A DNA stretch of 63,916 bases, filler included, from Octopus bimaculoides (GCF_001194135.2; 6 parts of 5 records of this genome joined end to end with filler, not necessarily neighbours in it); one strand, 5' to 3'. Positions 41,073-54,443 are shown, counted from the whole stretch's first letter. Numbers and translations: made by a program. Notes: generated by a model not told the origin, from the sequence alone.

Positions 41073-41080
41073 TTTATATA
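41073..41080 (-). promoter_or_regulatory. Candidate TATA box (TATATAAA) of the Cys-rich gene
   Basis: TATATAAA on the minus strand about 110 nt upstream of the ATG, implying a TSS near 41045-41050 and a 5' UTR of about 80 nt. A CRE-like TGACGTAA lies adjacent at 41064-41071. Confidence 0.5.
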
Positions 41081-41904
41081 GTACTCATACGTCTTGAATT
41101 CACACTACGACACAAAAATAAAATGGGTGGGGGATACTAGAAGCAGAATGCGGTGAAATAAAAAATATTCTTAATTATTCATTGTATATGTGTGGGAAAC
41201 AGGAAGCCTATTCAGACGGTCTTCACTGAATCCATGAATATATAATAGGCTTCACTTTTTAGTTAAGAATACTATCAAAACTTCACAATGAATTAATAAT
41301 AGTGAATAGAAATGTCTTCCTATCTTTACTCCATATAAAAAGCATTTTGTAACAATAAAGCCTTTTTTATGGGAGTAAATATAACTGATAGATGAGGAAA
41401 ACGAAGTGGGTGGGAAAAAAGTATTTCTTAGTTTGATTGTTTGTTTTGTTTTTTTACATTTTGATAATACATGGATGATTTATTTTCTTTTTTTACTGTA
41501 ACTCGCAGAATGTCGAACAAATATATACTTTTTTAATGTAAAATAAAAGTCATATTTTCAGAAATATTTATTGCTCCTGGTGCAAATTTTTCTTGTGCTT
41601 GCGTAACCACACTGAAACTCACACAAATATTTTTAAATATACGCACACACACACACACGCGTGTACATACGCACACACTCAAAACCATGCGCACACACAT
41701 ATACACATTCATACATACGAAAGAATACATTTGTGAAGAAACAAAATGTGTGCCCTTTATTACATACACACAGAATCAAAAGGAAATTGTCAAAGTAGAA
41801 ATACAACCCTTTCTTTGGGTTGTTTCCTCTTTTTTTCTTAAAAAAGATGTTATCATCTGTAATATTACTTTGACATATCAGAGACATTAATATTTTTTCA
41901 CTGT

Positions 41905-42770
41905 ACGGTGGCGAGCTGGCAGAAACGTTAGCACGTTAGCGGTATTTCGTCTGTCTTTACATTGTGAGTTCAAATTCCACCGAGGTCGACTTTGCCTTTC
42001 ATCCGTATCGGAGTCGATAAATTAAGTACCAGTTACGTACTGGGGGCGATCTAATTGACTGGCTCCCTCCCCAATAACTTCAGGCCTTGTGCCTAGAGTA
42101 GAAACGAATATATTTTCATTGTAAGGTGGCGAGCTGGCAGAAACGTTAGCACGTCTGTCATTACGTTCAAATTCCGCCGAGGTCGACTTTGCCTTTCATC
42201 CTTTCGGGGTCGATAAATTAAGTACCAATTGCATATTTGGGTCGATCTAATCGCCTGGGACCCTCCCCCAAAATTTCGGGCCTTGTGCCTAGAGTAGAAA
42301 AGAATATTTTTTCACTGTATTAAGCGAAACGCCAGGAAAAATGCTTAACGGCATTTCGTTCGTCTTTACGTTACGCGTTCAAACTCCGCCGAAGTCATCT
42401 TTGCCTTCCAACTTTTCGGGGTCGATAAAATAAATACCGGTTGAGCACTGGGGTCGAAGTTGCTGACCTTAGACCAAAATCTGAAATCAATAGTTTTTCA
42501 ATAAACCATGGTCTCATGACAAGTTGTTACTGTTAATGATACAGCTATAAAAGCCATCTTGTTGCAACATGCATATAAAGATGTCTAGTTAACAAGGTGT
42601 GCAACTTAGGCGTTGGGCTGACAGAATGGTTAGTGTGTCGAACCAAGATGCCTTCAGAATTTCGTTACGGCTTTTTACAACTTGGGTTTAAACCCCCATC
42701 GGAGTCAACTTTTGTTTCATCCTTCTTGGGTTCATAAATTAAGTAGCTGTCAAGTGCTGGGTCGATTTAA
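41905..42770 (+). mobile_element. Cluster of four head-to-tail SINE B copies
   Basis: Heads or cores at about 41905, 42122, 42320 and 42610. Confidence 0.8.
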
Positions 42771-43402
42771 TATTTCTATAAAACACTCTAGCTGTGATGG
42801 AGTTGTAAAAGTAAACAAATATCCGCTATATTATGGCATTTTCAATTTAGCATAATGCACAATAAAGATAGAGCTTATGGAAATCCACTTAAAAGCATTT
42901 TTTTAATCATTTACTTGTTTCAGTCATTGGACTGCAACCATGCTAGGGTACCATCTAGTAGGGTTTTAGTCGAACAAATTGCTCCCAGTACTTTTTGTTT
43001 TTTAAAGTCCAGTATTTATTCTATCGTTCTCTTCTGCCGAACCGGAGCATAAACAAACCAACACCGGTTATCAAGCGGTGTAGTGGGAATAAACACTGAC
43101 GAGACACGCACACACATATGTATAAACGAGGACTCCCTCACAGTTTCCGTATAATTCACTTACAAGGCATTGATCACCCCTGGGCTATCGTAACTCAAAA
43201 TCACCTGGTTGCAAAGCTAGCTTCTCAACCACAGTGCCCCTATATATATATATATATATATATTTTACGGAGATGTACTTGCATAGCAAGTGACCTGATC
43301 TGAGATTGTGTGCTGAAACATAAACAATTGCAGCGTGGAAGGTGTTTATAAGTCATTTAAAAACACAAAAACAGTTAGATTCACTTCAGCATTTAATTTT
43401 AA

Positions 43403-43453
43403 TTTGTCAAAATATTTTTGTCACTTTGAGACCGCGACCTGTTCACTGAAAAA
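43403..43453 (-). ncRNA. Decayed minimal hammerhead ribozyme with G3-C8 core variant
   Basis: UUUUUCA-GUGAACA-G-GUCGC-GGUCUCAAA-GUGAC-AAAA-A-UA-UUU-UGACAAA. Stem I pairs 6 of 7, stem II 5 of 5, stem III is palindromic AAUAUU. G12 is replaced by A. Confidence 0.5.
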
Positions 43454-44022
43454 ATTCTGTACTGCATCTGAGAAAGTAATAGTTAGTTCATGATATGCAT
43501 GCATGCATACATACATACATNNNNNNNNNNNNNNNNNNNNNNNNNNNNNNNNNNNNNNNNNNNNNNNNNNNNNNNNNNNNNNNNNNNNNNNNNNNNNNNN
43601 NNNNNNNNNNNNNNNNNNNNCGGGAGAGTTCCAACCAGGGGTGGATAACACCTTATAGGAAAGCCCTATAGTATAGCTATAACAATGAAAAACAATTCTA
43701 TACTTCTGTTTTGAGGTTTCTGTGTGTCAAATTTGCTTGAATCTTTTTTCCATGGCCCCAGCCTCACATCTAAGACTATACTGGTCGAAACATTTTATCG
43801 TGATATTACGTAGTAAAGTCATTCACATAAGGGACACACAGAAGGAATAGGCACATTAAAAAAAAAAGGCACATTGAATAGAGTATTTGTGAATACAATA
43901 AAGCTGAATAAAAGATGAGATTGTCAAGCCTTACTTGAATATCTTTCATCATAAGTCTACTTGATTAAGATCATAATAGGTTGTATTAAAGAACTGTATG
44001 TGTTTATATTTGCCCCGCCGGT

Positions 44023-44404
44023 GGAGGCGCAATGGCCCAGTGGTTAGGACAGCGGACTCGCGATCATAGGATCGCGGTTTCGATTCCCAGACCGGGCGTT
44101 GTCAGTGTTTATTGAGCGAAAACACCTAAAGCTCCACGAGGCTCCGGCAGGGGATGGTGGCGAACCCTGCTGTACTCTTTCACCACAACTTTCTCTCACT
44201 CTTACTTCCTGTTTCTGTTGTGCCTGTAATTCAAAGGGTCAGCCTTGTCACACTGTGTCACGCTGAATATCCCTGAGAACTACGTTAAGGGTACACGTGT
44301 CTGCGGAGTGCTCAGCCACTTGCACGTTAATTTCACGAGCAGGCTGTTCCGTTGATCGGATCAACTGGAACCCTCGGCGTCGTAAGCGACGGAGTGCCAA
44401 CAAT
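44023..44404 (+). mobile_element. SINE family D, full length; other copies at 23278-23626 (-) and 27955-28127 (+, 3' part)
   Basis: ggaggcgcaatggcccagtggttagg head, gtttcgattcccagacc B box, tail cgacggagtgccaacaa. Confidence 0.85.
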
Positions 44405-46195
44405 GTTGCCCCACCATACTTTAAAAAAAAACAAGTCCTAGAGTCGATTTGTTTGACTAAACCCTTCAAGGTGGTGACCCATATGAAACAATTAAAGGAT
44501 AAACTCTAAAGCATTGCATAATGTAGTCCCTGCTACGCAAAAACAAGGATGGTTATAAATGGAATATCATTGATCATAAATTGATGCGATCAGAGATGAG
44601 CTGGCAATAAAAACAGCTACAAAACCAGCAGGAACGTCCACAAAACAACCTAAATTCCTATATTATAATCACGATAAATTAGAACCAGTTTCTTCGCCCC
44701 CCACTAAATCTAGAATAAATGTAGAATAAATATCAGCCATAACTAGTGCAGGTACGTGGCCAAGTGTTACACTAACGATCGCGAGATAGGGGTTTCGATT
44801 CCCAGACTAGTGGTGTGTTCTGTTCTTGACCAAAAACACTTCATTTCACGTTGCTCCAGTCCACTTAGCTGTAAATGAGTAACACGTATATTCCATGAAA
44901 ACTTGGTAACCGCCCCTATGAGTCCTAAAACTCGAGACGGTACTTACTTGCTTATAGAATATCTACTTACCATTGCAATAATTCTGGAACAAGATTTCTG
45001 ATCTTTCAAGGAGACATGAAAAAAAAAATACTTGGAATGTCTGCATAATATTCTTTCAACATTATACCTTCCACCCATCTGCTAAATCCAGTTAGGCGGC
45101 CTCTAAAAAAGGATTGAAAATTCTCACGATTATTTTGATCATGAAGGACAACCATGTCATGTTCCATTCAGAATCACAGCCAACTACATGCATTGGTTCC
45201 ATTTGTCAACCCACCTTTTGTTTTAACCGAGTAGTCAAAGATTTCTCTCTGCGTAGTCGCTCTACATGCTGGAAACAGCAGCCAAATATCCATCCATCAG
45301 ATCACACCTATCATCTTAAAAAAAAAAAGAAGATACCATATAATGTAAGCTATGTTATACGATGCTAAACAAAAAATTGGATGGATGGATGGTCATCGTC
45401 TGAATAGTTTTGACCACAAGTCTAACGTGGGGGGATAAACGATGGGCCTGGGTAGGGAGAGGATATCATTGATAAAAGTCGTGAATGGTGACGAAAAAAA
45501 ATTGACGAAACTAGCTACTTGATTGATTGACTGAACGCTTAATTAAACGATCGATTAGTTGATTGGTCGACTAATAATAATGTTTTGTAATTTTGACACA
45601 AGGGAAGCTATTTTGTGGGAAGAAGAGTAAAGTTGTTTATATTGACTCCAGTATTTGACTGGTACTTATTTTATCGATCCCGATAAGACGAAAAGAATTC
45701 CATCTCAGAATGTGAAGATCAGTAAGAAATACTGCTAAGCAACTTTTCCGATGTGCTAATGATTTTAGCACGTCACCGCTAATAATGGTTTCAAATTTTG
45801 ACACAAGACCAGCAATTTCGGTGTAAGTCGATTACATTAACCCTTGTCCTCAACTGGTACTTATTTTATCGACCCCGAAAGGATGAGATACAAAGTAGTC
45901 CTCGGTGGAATTTGAACTCAGAACGGACGAAATGCCGTTAAGCATTTTGCCCAGCGTGCTAACAATTCTGCCAACTCTCTGCCTTTCATTACCGCTAATA
46001 ATAACATTTTCTTCTATAGACTCAGGGTCTGAAATTTTGGGTGTGGGGGTAAGTCGATTAGATCGACTCCAGTGCTTGACTAATACTTATTGTATNNNNN
46101 NNNNNNNNNNNNNNNNNNNNNNNNNNNNNNNNNNNNNNNTTAATTAATTAANNNNNNNNNNNNNNNNNNNNNNNNNNNNNNNNNNNNNNNNNNNN

Positions 46196-46576
46196 CAGGG
46201 TAATTCAAAAGTCGCCATACATAGGAACAATTTATGTTTTTATTAGAAACAGTTTATTAGAACAGTTTTTTTTTTTTAATTTAACAGGTTCAATATGGTT
46301 ACCATTGTTTTGAATATACATTGCAATACGTTTACCCCACTCACTGTGAACTCGTAATAGTACAACTGGTGATACCTGTGCAAATGAGTTGGTGATGCGT
46401 TCCTTCAAATGATTTATGTCTTTTATCTTTCCGTGATACACCATGCCTTTCAAATACCCCCAAAGATAGAAATCAAGAGGGGTCAGATCAGGGGATCAAG
46501 GGGATCTTATAAACTGTTTCTTATAAAAAAAAAAAAAAAAATTTTTCCTATGTATGGAGACTTTTGAATCACCCTG
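46196..46576 (-). mobile_element. Non-autonomous Tc1/mariner element with both TIRs
   Basis: 32-bp TIRs CAGGGT(A/G)ATTCAAAAGTC(G/T)CCATACATAGGAA with 2 mismatches, and TA at the right end. The interior encodes RSPDLTPLDFYLWGYLKGMVY...NHLKERIT...NGNHIE. Confidence 0.9.
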
Positions 46577-46588
46577 TATGTATGTGTG

Positions 46589-46621
<33 letters not shown>

Positions 46622-46784
46622 GACATCGAAATTCTGATGATTTTTTATCGCTAACTGTCGAATGTTGAGAGTGTCCACTTCGTTTTTTGTTTCTTCTTGT
46701 TTTCTGTATGTTTCTCCGTCATCATCCTATGCCACGTTTTACTGTGTGTGTTTGTGTGTGTGTACACGTATTTATATTCTTTAA

Positions 46785-47004
46785 CTCTTTTACTTGTTTC
46801 AGTCATTTGACTGCGGCCATGCTAGGGCACCGCCTTTTAGTCGAGCAAATCAACCCCAGGACTTATTCTTTGTAAGCCTAGTACTTATTCTATCGGTCTC
46901 TTTTTGCCGAAGCGCTAAGTTACGGGGACGTAAACACACCAGCCTCGGTTGCCAAGCGAAGTTGGGGGGACAAACACAGACACACAAACATATACACACA
47001 TACT

Positions 47005-47046
<42 letters not shown>

Positions 47047-47209
47047 CGACGGGCTTCTATCAGTTTCTGTCAACCAAATCCACTCACAGGTCTTTGGTCG
47101 GCCTGAGGCTATAGTAGAAGACACTTGCACAACGTGCCACGCAGTGGGAATGAACCCAGAACCATATGGTTGGTAAGCAAGCTTCTCACCATACAGCCAC
47201 TCCTGCACC
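46785..47209 (-). mobile_element. SINE family A, full length
   Basis: Colinear with 16495-16898. Confidence 0.85.
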
Positions 47210-48119
47210 TATATGTATAATGAGTATTAATGAGCTCGTGTACCATTAAAAATACATTTATTTCAGTAGAGCTTATTACAGGCTTATACAGGAGACCCAA
47301 AACTGCCGTCATCTGGTGTGGACTGCCCACCCCCAGCCACTCAACAGTTGTTGTTCCAACCATAACCATCCTGTTTTTTTTGTGGAGGAGGGGATATGAC
47401 TACATTATCTAATACGCTCTTCCTCTTGTTGTTGTTGACTATAGATTTAGCTGTGTTGATAGCTTTTGAGGATTTCTATAGCACAAGGTAAGCAGCCTTG
47501 ATTGATTAGACTAATAATAATGTTGGCTGTTCCTTAGTGAAATGACCAGGTGCGATTCACGTAATCCAAATATACCATGCCTGCATCGCTCTGGCATTGT
47601 TATGGTTATTGTTTATGGGGTATGAAATGTTTTGGCACAGCCATTTTGGTGCTGTCCATTTGGCATTGCTGATTTGATGCTGACTGATTTGACATCAGAT
47701 GTTTCAATGTTGCTCATTCTCTCCCTCTGTCCCTGATCCACTACTCCTTATCTCTTCATGTGTGTGATCATATTTCCCTTTATGTGTATGAGAAGGAAAA
47801 GTGTTTATGTCAACCGTGTTCAATTAATAAATTGTTATGCTTCTCTCCCCCTCTCTCTGTATGTCTCTGCATCTACACATGTGTGTTTGCCTCCAGTTCT
47901 AAAACGTAGTGTCACCTAAACAGACTGAATATCAAAGTCAGCCATGCCAAATCGTCAGCATCCAAACAGTTGTGTCCAAGTTGTCTCATTCTGTGTTGTA
48001 TAAACTCAGGTCAGCTCTAGAACAATGAGGTGAGACCCTGAAACTCATCATTCCTTGTGATATCATAGATCCACTTAACTGAGGACTATACTGAGGACAT
48101 GCAGTGTTGAATCACGGTG

Positions 48120-48360
48120 TGTAGTAAGCAGCAGTCTGGACACAGTGTAAGGTCTTTCTATGGTCCAGTCTACTGCTGTATGCCTGTAAATTTTTGTGGT
48201 GGCTACAACGGAGGAGAAAAATATATTTATGGTGAGCATCTCTATATGATGTTTGGGGGCCAGTTAGACTTTACTGAATTTGCATCTGTGCTTAAGATGA
48301 ATATAGGATGTTGGAGTAATAGCTCTTGTGTGTTTGGAGGTGTGTTTATGAAGTGACAAA
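48120..48360 (-). mobile_element. Possible highly decayed LINE APE-endonuclease relic
   Basis: HPIFILSTDANSVKSNW (GDFNA..W-like) and KDLTLC (IDLT-like). Weak. Confidence 0.3.
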
Positions 48361-48544
48361 GACCAGTTGGCGAAGTGAGAAGGTCAAAGCTTACTGTGGC
48401 AACAAACTGTGCCCCTCACACATCCAGGTGGTCCTTCTTCTATGCATTTTTGATTAGTTCAGCCTGTGTACAACATGTTATGTTACTTCATTTACTGTTT
48501 TGTATTGTTTGTAGTTTATTGTGGTTTGCCAAGGAGGGATTGGT

Positions 48545-48710
48545 GGCCCAGGCAGGACTGGTAGAGTCTATAATGGAGAGACTAAGAGCCTAGGTAGGAC
48601 TGGTAGATTATATAATAGAGAGATTGCGGGAAGGGTCCAGGTTAAACTGGTAGAGTCCATAGTGGAAAGATTGGAGGCCCAGGTTGGCCTAGTAGAGTCC
48701 ATAGATAAAT
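48545..48710. repeat. About 42-bp degenerate minisatellite x4
   Basis: gccca/taggt/caggactggtagagtc...atagtggagagatt units. Confidence 0.75.
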
Positions 48711-51629
48711 TAATTGATACACAATTATAACAGTGATTGATATTGATAGTCAAAGGTACTGAATTAGCAGTGTTATTAGAACAGCGGATAGAATGTTCCT
48801 TGAATTCAAATTTTTCTGGGGTCAACATTACCTTTCATCTTGCCAAGGTTAATGAATAAAGTGCCAAGTTGTTGGAATTGTTGAAGTGTTGGATGAGCTG
48901 AGTTGAAGTGAGATATCCATTCCAGCTCTTCATGTTCTGATAGTAATACCTGTGATGTCACTGGTGCCTAAATACATAGGTCCTTGCCATTCCAGTGGAC
49001 AACATCAGTGACCATATGAGAGGGGAAGTTCACCTGCATGAACTATTTGTGGTCTATCCTCATCATTGTTTTAATGTCTGCTTTTCCATGCTTGCATGGG
49101 TCGGATGGAACCTGTTGAGGCACATTTTCTACAGCTGGAACACTTCCTGTCACTAACCCTCACCTGTTTCCAAGTAAGGTGATATTTCCTTAAGGCCGAA
49201 CATGTTTTCACAGATGACTGGAAACGATGATCATTGCTTGTATGACAGTGAGGTTCATTTACATCTATCTAAAGTCAAGACAAGGACACACACACACACA
49301 CACACACCTCTTTTTGAATTATCTTTTACTTGTTTCACTCTCTGGACTGCAGCCATACTAGGTCAGGCTTCTTTTAGTTTCCATCTACTAAATGCACTCA
49401 CAAAGCTTTGTTCCCTCTTGATCTATAGAAGAAGATAACTTGCCAAAGGTTCCATGCATTCAGACTTGAGCCACAACCATGTGGATGGGAAGCAAACTCC
49501 TTAACCATATAGCCACACTTGCACATATAAAATATAAACTTTATCTGGGCTTGTGCCATGAGGGAAACAAAACTTTCCAGGTACAGATTCATAGGGTCAC
49601 AAAACATACAGAGAACCCAGACTGATATGTTGGTTAGTGCATATGGAGATAAGGGTTTTGCAGTCCCTACTTCTTATTTATTTCTCTTTCTCAAGTCTTA
49701 GGTCTCATTATTTGGCTTTCATGACACATAAGTGATCAAGATCACAGCTAATCCACACCTCTACTTCTGGTTTGTTGCCAGGTTCAAGGCTAGCAATTCT
49801 GAGGGAAGTGAGGAAAGTTGATTACATCAATTGCAATACTTGACTGATACTTTATTTTATCAACCATGAAGGGATCAGAAAGCAAAGTTGACCTTGGTAA
49901 GATTTGAACTCAGAAAGTAAAGTAAAGAGCTGGAAGTGGTGCCACTAAGTATGAAATGCTATGCTAACAATTCTTCCAACTTACTGCTTTCTGCTTTTCA
50001 TTGGGTGTCAAGAAACGAGAAATAGATATTAAACTGACAAGATGCTTCATGATTTCAGACTGGAAAATAACTTCCAGCAGAAGAGACTTCTTGTAATGAT
50101 GGTGGTAGTGCTGGTTGTCACCATAGAGTCCAGTTTGAGCAGACTTATAATATGTAAGGTAAGGAAGGGGACAGTGGGGTGCTGAGCATCTGGTGAAACC
50201 TACAAGCTCAGGATTGTGGATATTCCAGGTTTTTGTTGTGGTTTAGTCCCAGGTCTGCTTGTGATCAAATAAACTTATGGTCAAAAGTGCTTTAGCCATG
50301 ACCATCCTGTCTCATATACAGACAAAATAATGATTTCAAAATTTTAACGCAAGGCCAACAATTTTTTGGAAGCGGGTAAGTTGAACATATCAGCCAGTAT
50401 GCAACTGGTACTTATTTTACTGACACTGAAAGAATGAAAGGTGAAGTCAACTTCTATGAAATTTGAACTCAGAATATAAAAACAGATGAATTGCCACTGA
50501 GCATTTTGCTCAAGTTCAATGAGCTAATGATTCTGTCAGCTCACCACCTTATATACAGATATAATAATCCTTTCTACTATAAGCACAAGGCCCGAAATTT
50601 ATGGGGAAGGGGATAGCCGATCACGTTGATTCCAGTATTTGACTGGTACTTAATTTATTGATCCTGAAAGGATGAAAGGTAAAGTTGACCTCGGCAGAAT
50701 TTGAACTTAGAAAATAAAGACAGATGAAATGCTGTTAAGCATTTTGCCTGGCATGCTAACAATTCAGCCAGCTCACCACCTTATATACAGACATTACAAT
50801 GCATTCATGACTATATTAATAAGGATGTCCTTCCTCCTTTTTTTTAAAATGACAGTGTGTGATTAGGAGATTTGGTTGCCATTTCTAGCAGATAAAGCAA
50901 CCACATTGAGGCTCTCACATTGTCTCAAAGCTAGGGGGAAAAAAGGCGATAGAAACAGTCAAATACCAGACTAAATAGCAAACATATTTTCTTTCTTTTT
51001 TTTTTTCCCCACCAGCTTTGTCTGATTTTCAATTCTGCTGAGGTCAACTTTCTCGGGGTCGATATGGTAAGTGACGCAATGGAATTAGTTTAATCGACTC
51101 CGTCTCTCCTTCCATACATTCGTGGCTTCATGCCAAACTAAGGAATCATTGTTTTGGTGTTAATATGGTGGTGTCAGGCAGCTCTGTACAAAGTTGTTAG
51201 TAAGACTAGACCAAATGTGTATTGTAGGCCCTGTTTCAGTTAGTAACAGCTTCGGGTCAGATGTGTAAAGAAAACACCCCCACATATACATTTTTAAACT
51301 GCTTATTAACTATTTTGGTAACCAGTGCTAAATATGTTTGCTATTATACATGGGTTGCACCATGGAAAATTATATATATATGTATATGTGCGTGTGTATG
51401 TATGTATGTATGTATATGTTTAATATAATTCAGAAAACAGGTATGGTGTTCAATGCTTTTGTTATTAATTCTGTAGCTTGGCTTCTGTTCTGCACACTTG
51501 TTTATCCTGAAGTTTGATGCCTGCTTCATACTGCACTGGATATAGGAATGGAGAGTGGAACCCTCTACTGAGTCTGATCTTTCATTGTGTTGTGCTTCAC
51601 AGTGCATATCTAGCTCTTTCTCAATCTAC

Positions 51630-51747
51630 GAGCATGTGTGTATATATGTATGCATGTATATGTATAATGTGTACATATATATGTATGTATGTATGTATGT
51701 GTACATATGTATGTCTATATGTGCATATGTATGTATGTATGTATGTA

Positions 51748-51821
<74 letters not shown>
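51630..51821. repeat. Compound (TA)n/(TATG)n microsatellite; similar TA/CA/GA/GATA/TACA tracts throughout (e.g. 1-43, 6147-6400, 12306-12397, 20610-21140, 21345-21425, 33370-33930, 36080-36200, 54050-54440)
   Basis: Direct inspection. Confidence 0.95.
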
Positions 51822-51824
<3 letters not shown>

Positions 51825-52290
51825 AGAAAATTCAGAGAATGTTTACCTCTGCTGGCAACCAAAGGTTTCCCTCTCCGTGTGAAAGGAAGATTGTATGATG
51901 CATGTATACAAACAGTGATTTTTACATGATAGTGAGACATGAGACCCAAATGCAGAGGATATACAGAGGCTAGAGAGGAATGAGGCTAGCATGCTCTTCT
52001 GGATGTGTAATGACAGTGTGTTAGTGTATTGAGAAGTTAGGCATAAGAGGAATTAGATGCAGTGCACAAGAGAAAAGACTGCACTTGTTTGGTCATATGA
52101 TGTGGTTGGATACCAACATCTCCATAAAAAGTGCTTATCTCCCAAGGTGGATGAAACTAATTGAAGACAGAGACCCAAGAAGACAGAGACCATAGAAGAC
52201 AGAGACCATAGAAGACAGAGACCCAAGAAGACATGGGACAAGGTACTGAAGGCCTACCTCAGGACATTGAGCCTTATGCTGAAGATGACA
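51822..52290 (+). mobile_element. RTE-clade LINE fragment (post-RT region)
   Basis: [28 protein letters not shown]...[10 protein letters not shown]...EKLGIRGIRCS...RLHLFGHM. Confidence 0.85.
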
Positions 52291-52519
52291 TGTTATTTTG
52301 ATGGAAAAAATGACACTGTGACCTAAGTTATGGCAATTAGAATATTAATTCTGATTCTTTCATTCAAGAAATTTGGAATTGTGTAAATGTATGAATTTTC
52401 AACATACACACACACACACACACACACACAGAGAAAAATCTGCCTTTTATAGATAAGATAAAATATATACCATACATATGTCCATTCTCATACGATATAC
52501 AATAATCGTTTATTCTACA

Positions 52520-53220
52520 TATCCTGCAGGAAAGACATGAACATGGGATGGGCGTAGTTACAAAAGGTGGATGTACCAGGGAGGAATGTATTAAATGTAG
52601 TGGCTATTGTTTGGCCTGGTAGTTGGACACAACAACATGGGTGATGATAGGTGGAGGAGAGATGAGTGGATTGAAAATACCTGAGTGGGAGTACCATGAA
52701 CATGTCAGCTCTGAAGAGCAGGGGCCATTATAGTTGCAGTAAAAACAAGCACAAAGAAGACACAACAGGCATATGGATGAGAAGCTGGACCTTATCAGTC
52801 AAATGACCATTTTTTTTGGATATGGTCAAGGATAATTGAATACAGCAGCAGCAATGTGTCAAATGTAGGAGCAATACTCCATTGTGAGCCTTCCCATGAG
52901 GGTTTTGTAGAATATCAATAATTGTTGGGAAAAGGAAGTATCTTTGGTTCTTGAGAAGAAGGGCCAGTCATTGAGAAGTGATCCTAGTTATGTTAAAGAT
53001 GTGATTTCTTCAGGAGAGCGAATAGGACTCCAGCTGTGTGCTGCTCATGCTAAGGAAAGTTTGAGAAGATGGGTTTTTTTTTTATATATGAGTTATATTT
53101 GTGGCTTCTTGTTGTTGAAAGAAGTAAGAATTGTGTATGCCCACTCAGAAGACAGGACTGTGTCAAGCTCCAGTGCCTACTTTGGCAGGGTTTCTATGAA
53201 AATATGCCCTTCTTAACACC
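52520..53220 (-). mobile_element. CR1/Jockey-group LINE relic (C-terminus)
   Basis: QQLLIFYKTLMGRLTMEYCSYI, CNYNGPCSSEL, VLPLRYFQSTHLSS...HP...FLPGTSTF. Confidence 0.7.
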
Positions 53221-53506
53221 AGCTTTTATTTAGAGAGAGTACTGAGTGCTTTATTTGTGGCACCAATACTAGTGAAGATCCCCTCCCACCATAACTTGCA
53301 AGGCTAAAGGACTAAATTGGCTCCTATAAATGAGGTACAATGAAAGAGAGATGCTTGGTGGGGGATGAGGTAAGGAAAATAAGTAGTTCTGGATTTGGTG
53401 CAATTAGGATAGATATAGATCTGTAATGTGAATGGTGTATGGGATGTATGGGGGCTAGTGGTATTAATTGAAACGTTAGTAGTGTTCTGTATTATGTTAT
53501 GTGTTC

Positions 53507-53540
<34 letters not shown>

Positions 53541-54443
53541 TAATCATCATTTAACATTCATCCAACCCATGTTGGCATGTATTGGAAGGGTTGAGAGGAG
53601 TTTGTCAGCCGGGGACATATCCAGACTCCAGTTGTTTGTTTTGGCATTTTTTCTACAGTAGGATGCCTTTCTTAATGCTAACCACTCAACAGAGTGTACT
53701 AGGTGCTTTCTATGTGCCACTGGTACAGGTACATTTAGACAGCACCAGCACGAGTGCATGTTCCATGGCACCAGCAAAGGACACGCAATGCGAACCAAAT
53801 TATTCAGAAGCGAAAGTTAGAAATAGATATTAAGGAAGTTTGTTGTCTCACCTGAGAAATCCAAAACTGCCAAGAGAAGAGACAGGATCAACATTTTGAT
53901 GAAGATTCTAGAACAATTCAATGACATCTTCAGACATCGCTTATTTGGCCCCAAAAAACCAAAATGTTAAAATCCAAATGTGCGTTGAGGGGTGTCAAGT
54001 GCAAGAGTCTGGAAAAACAGGAAATACATTTTATATAGAAATATTAGTGATTGTGTATATACACATATATATATATACACATACACACACATATATAACT
54101 AATATGTACAAACATACACACACACACATATAACATATACATATATATACACATAGATACACATGCCATGCACATACATATATACACATACATACATATA
54201 CATACCATACACATGCATACATATACACATATACATACACACACACACATATATATACACACACACACATATATATACATACATACACATACATATTTAT
54301 ACATCCATACATACACATATATAAATACATACACATATATACATATATTTACATACATATACATACATGTATACACATACGTGCATACACATATACATAT
54401 ATACACATAGATGCATATACGTACACATATATGCACATACATG

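Noticed and set aside
44023-44100. tRNA genes at SINE heads
   Set aside because: Only A/B-box-like remnants are present, with no full cloverleaf, and they continue into SINE bodies.
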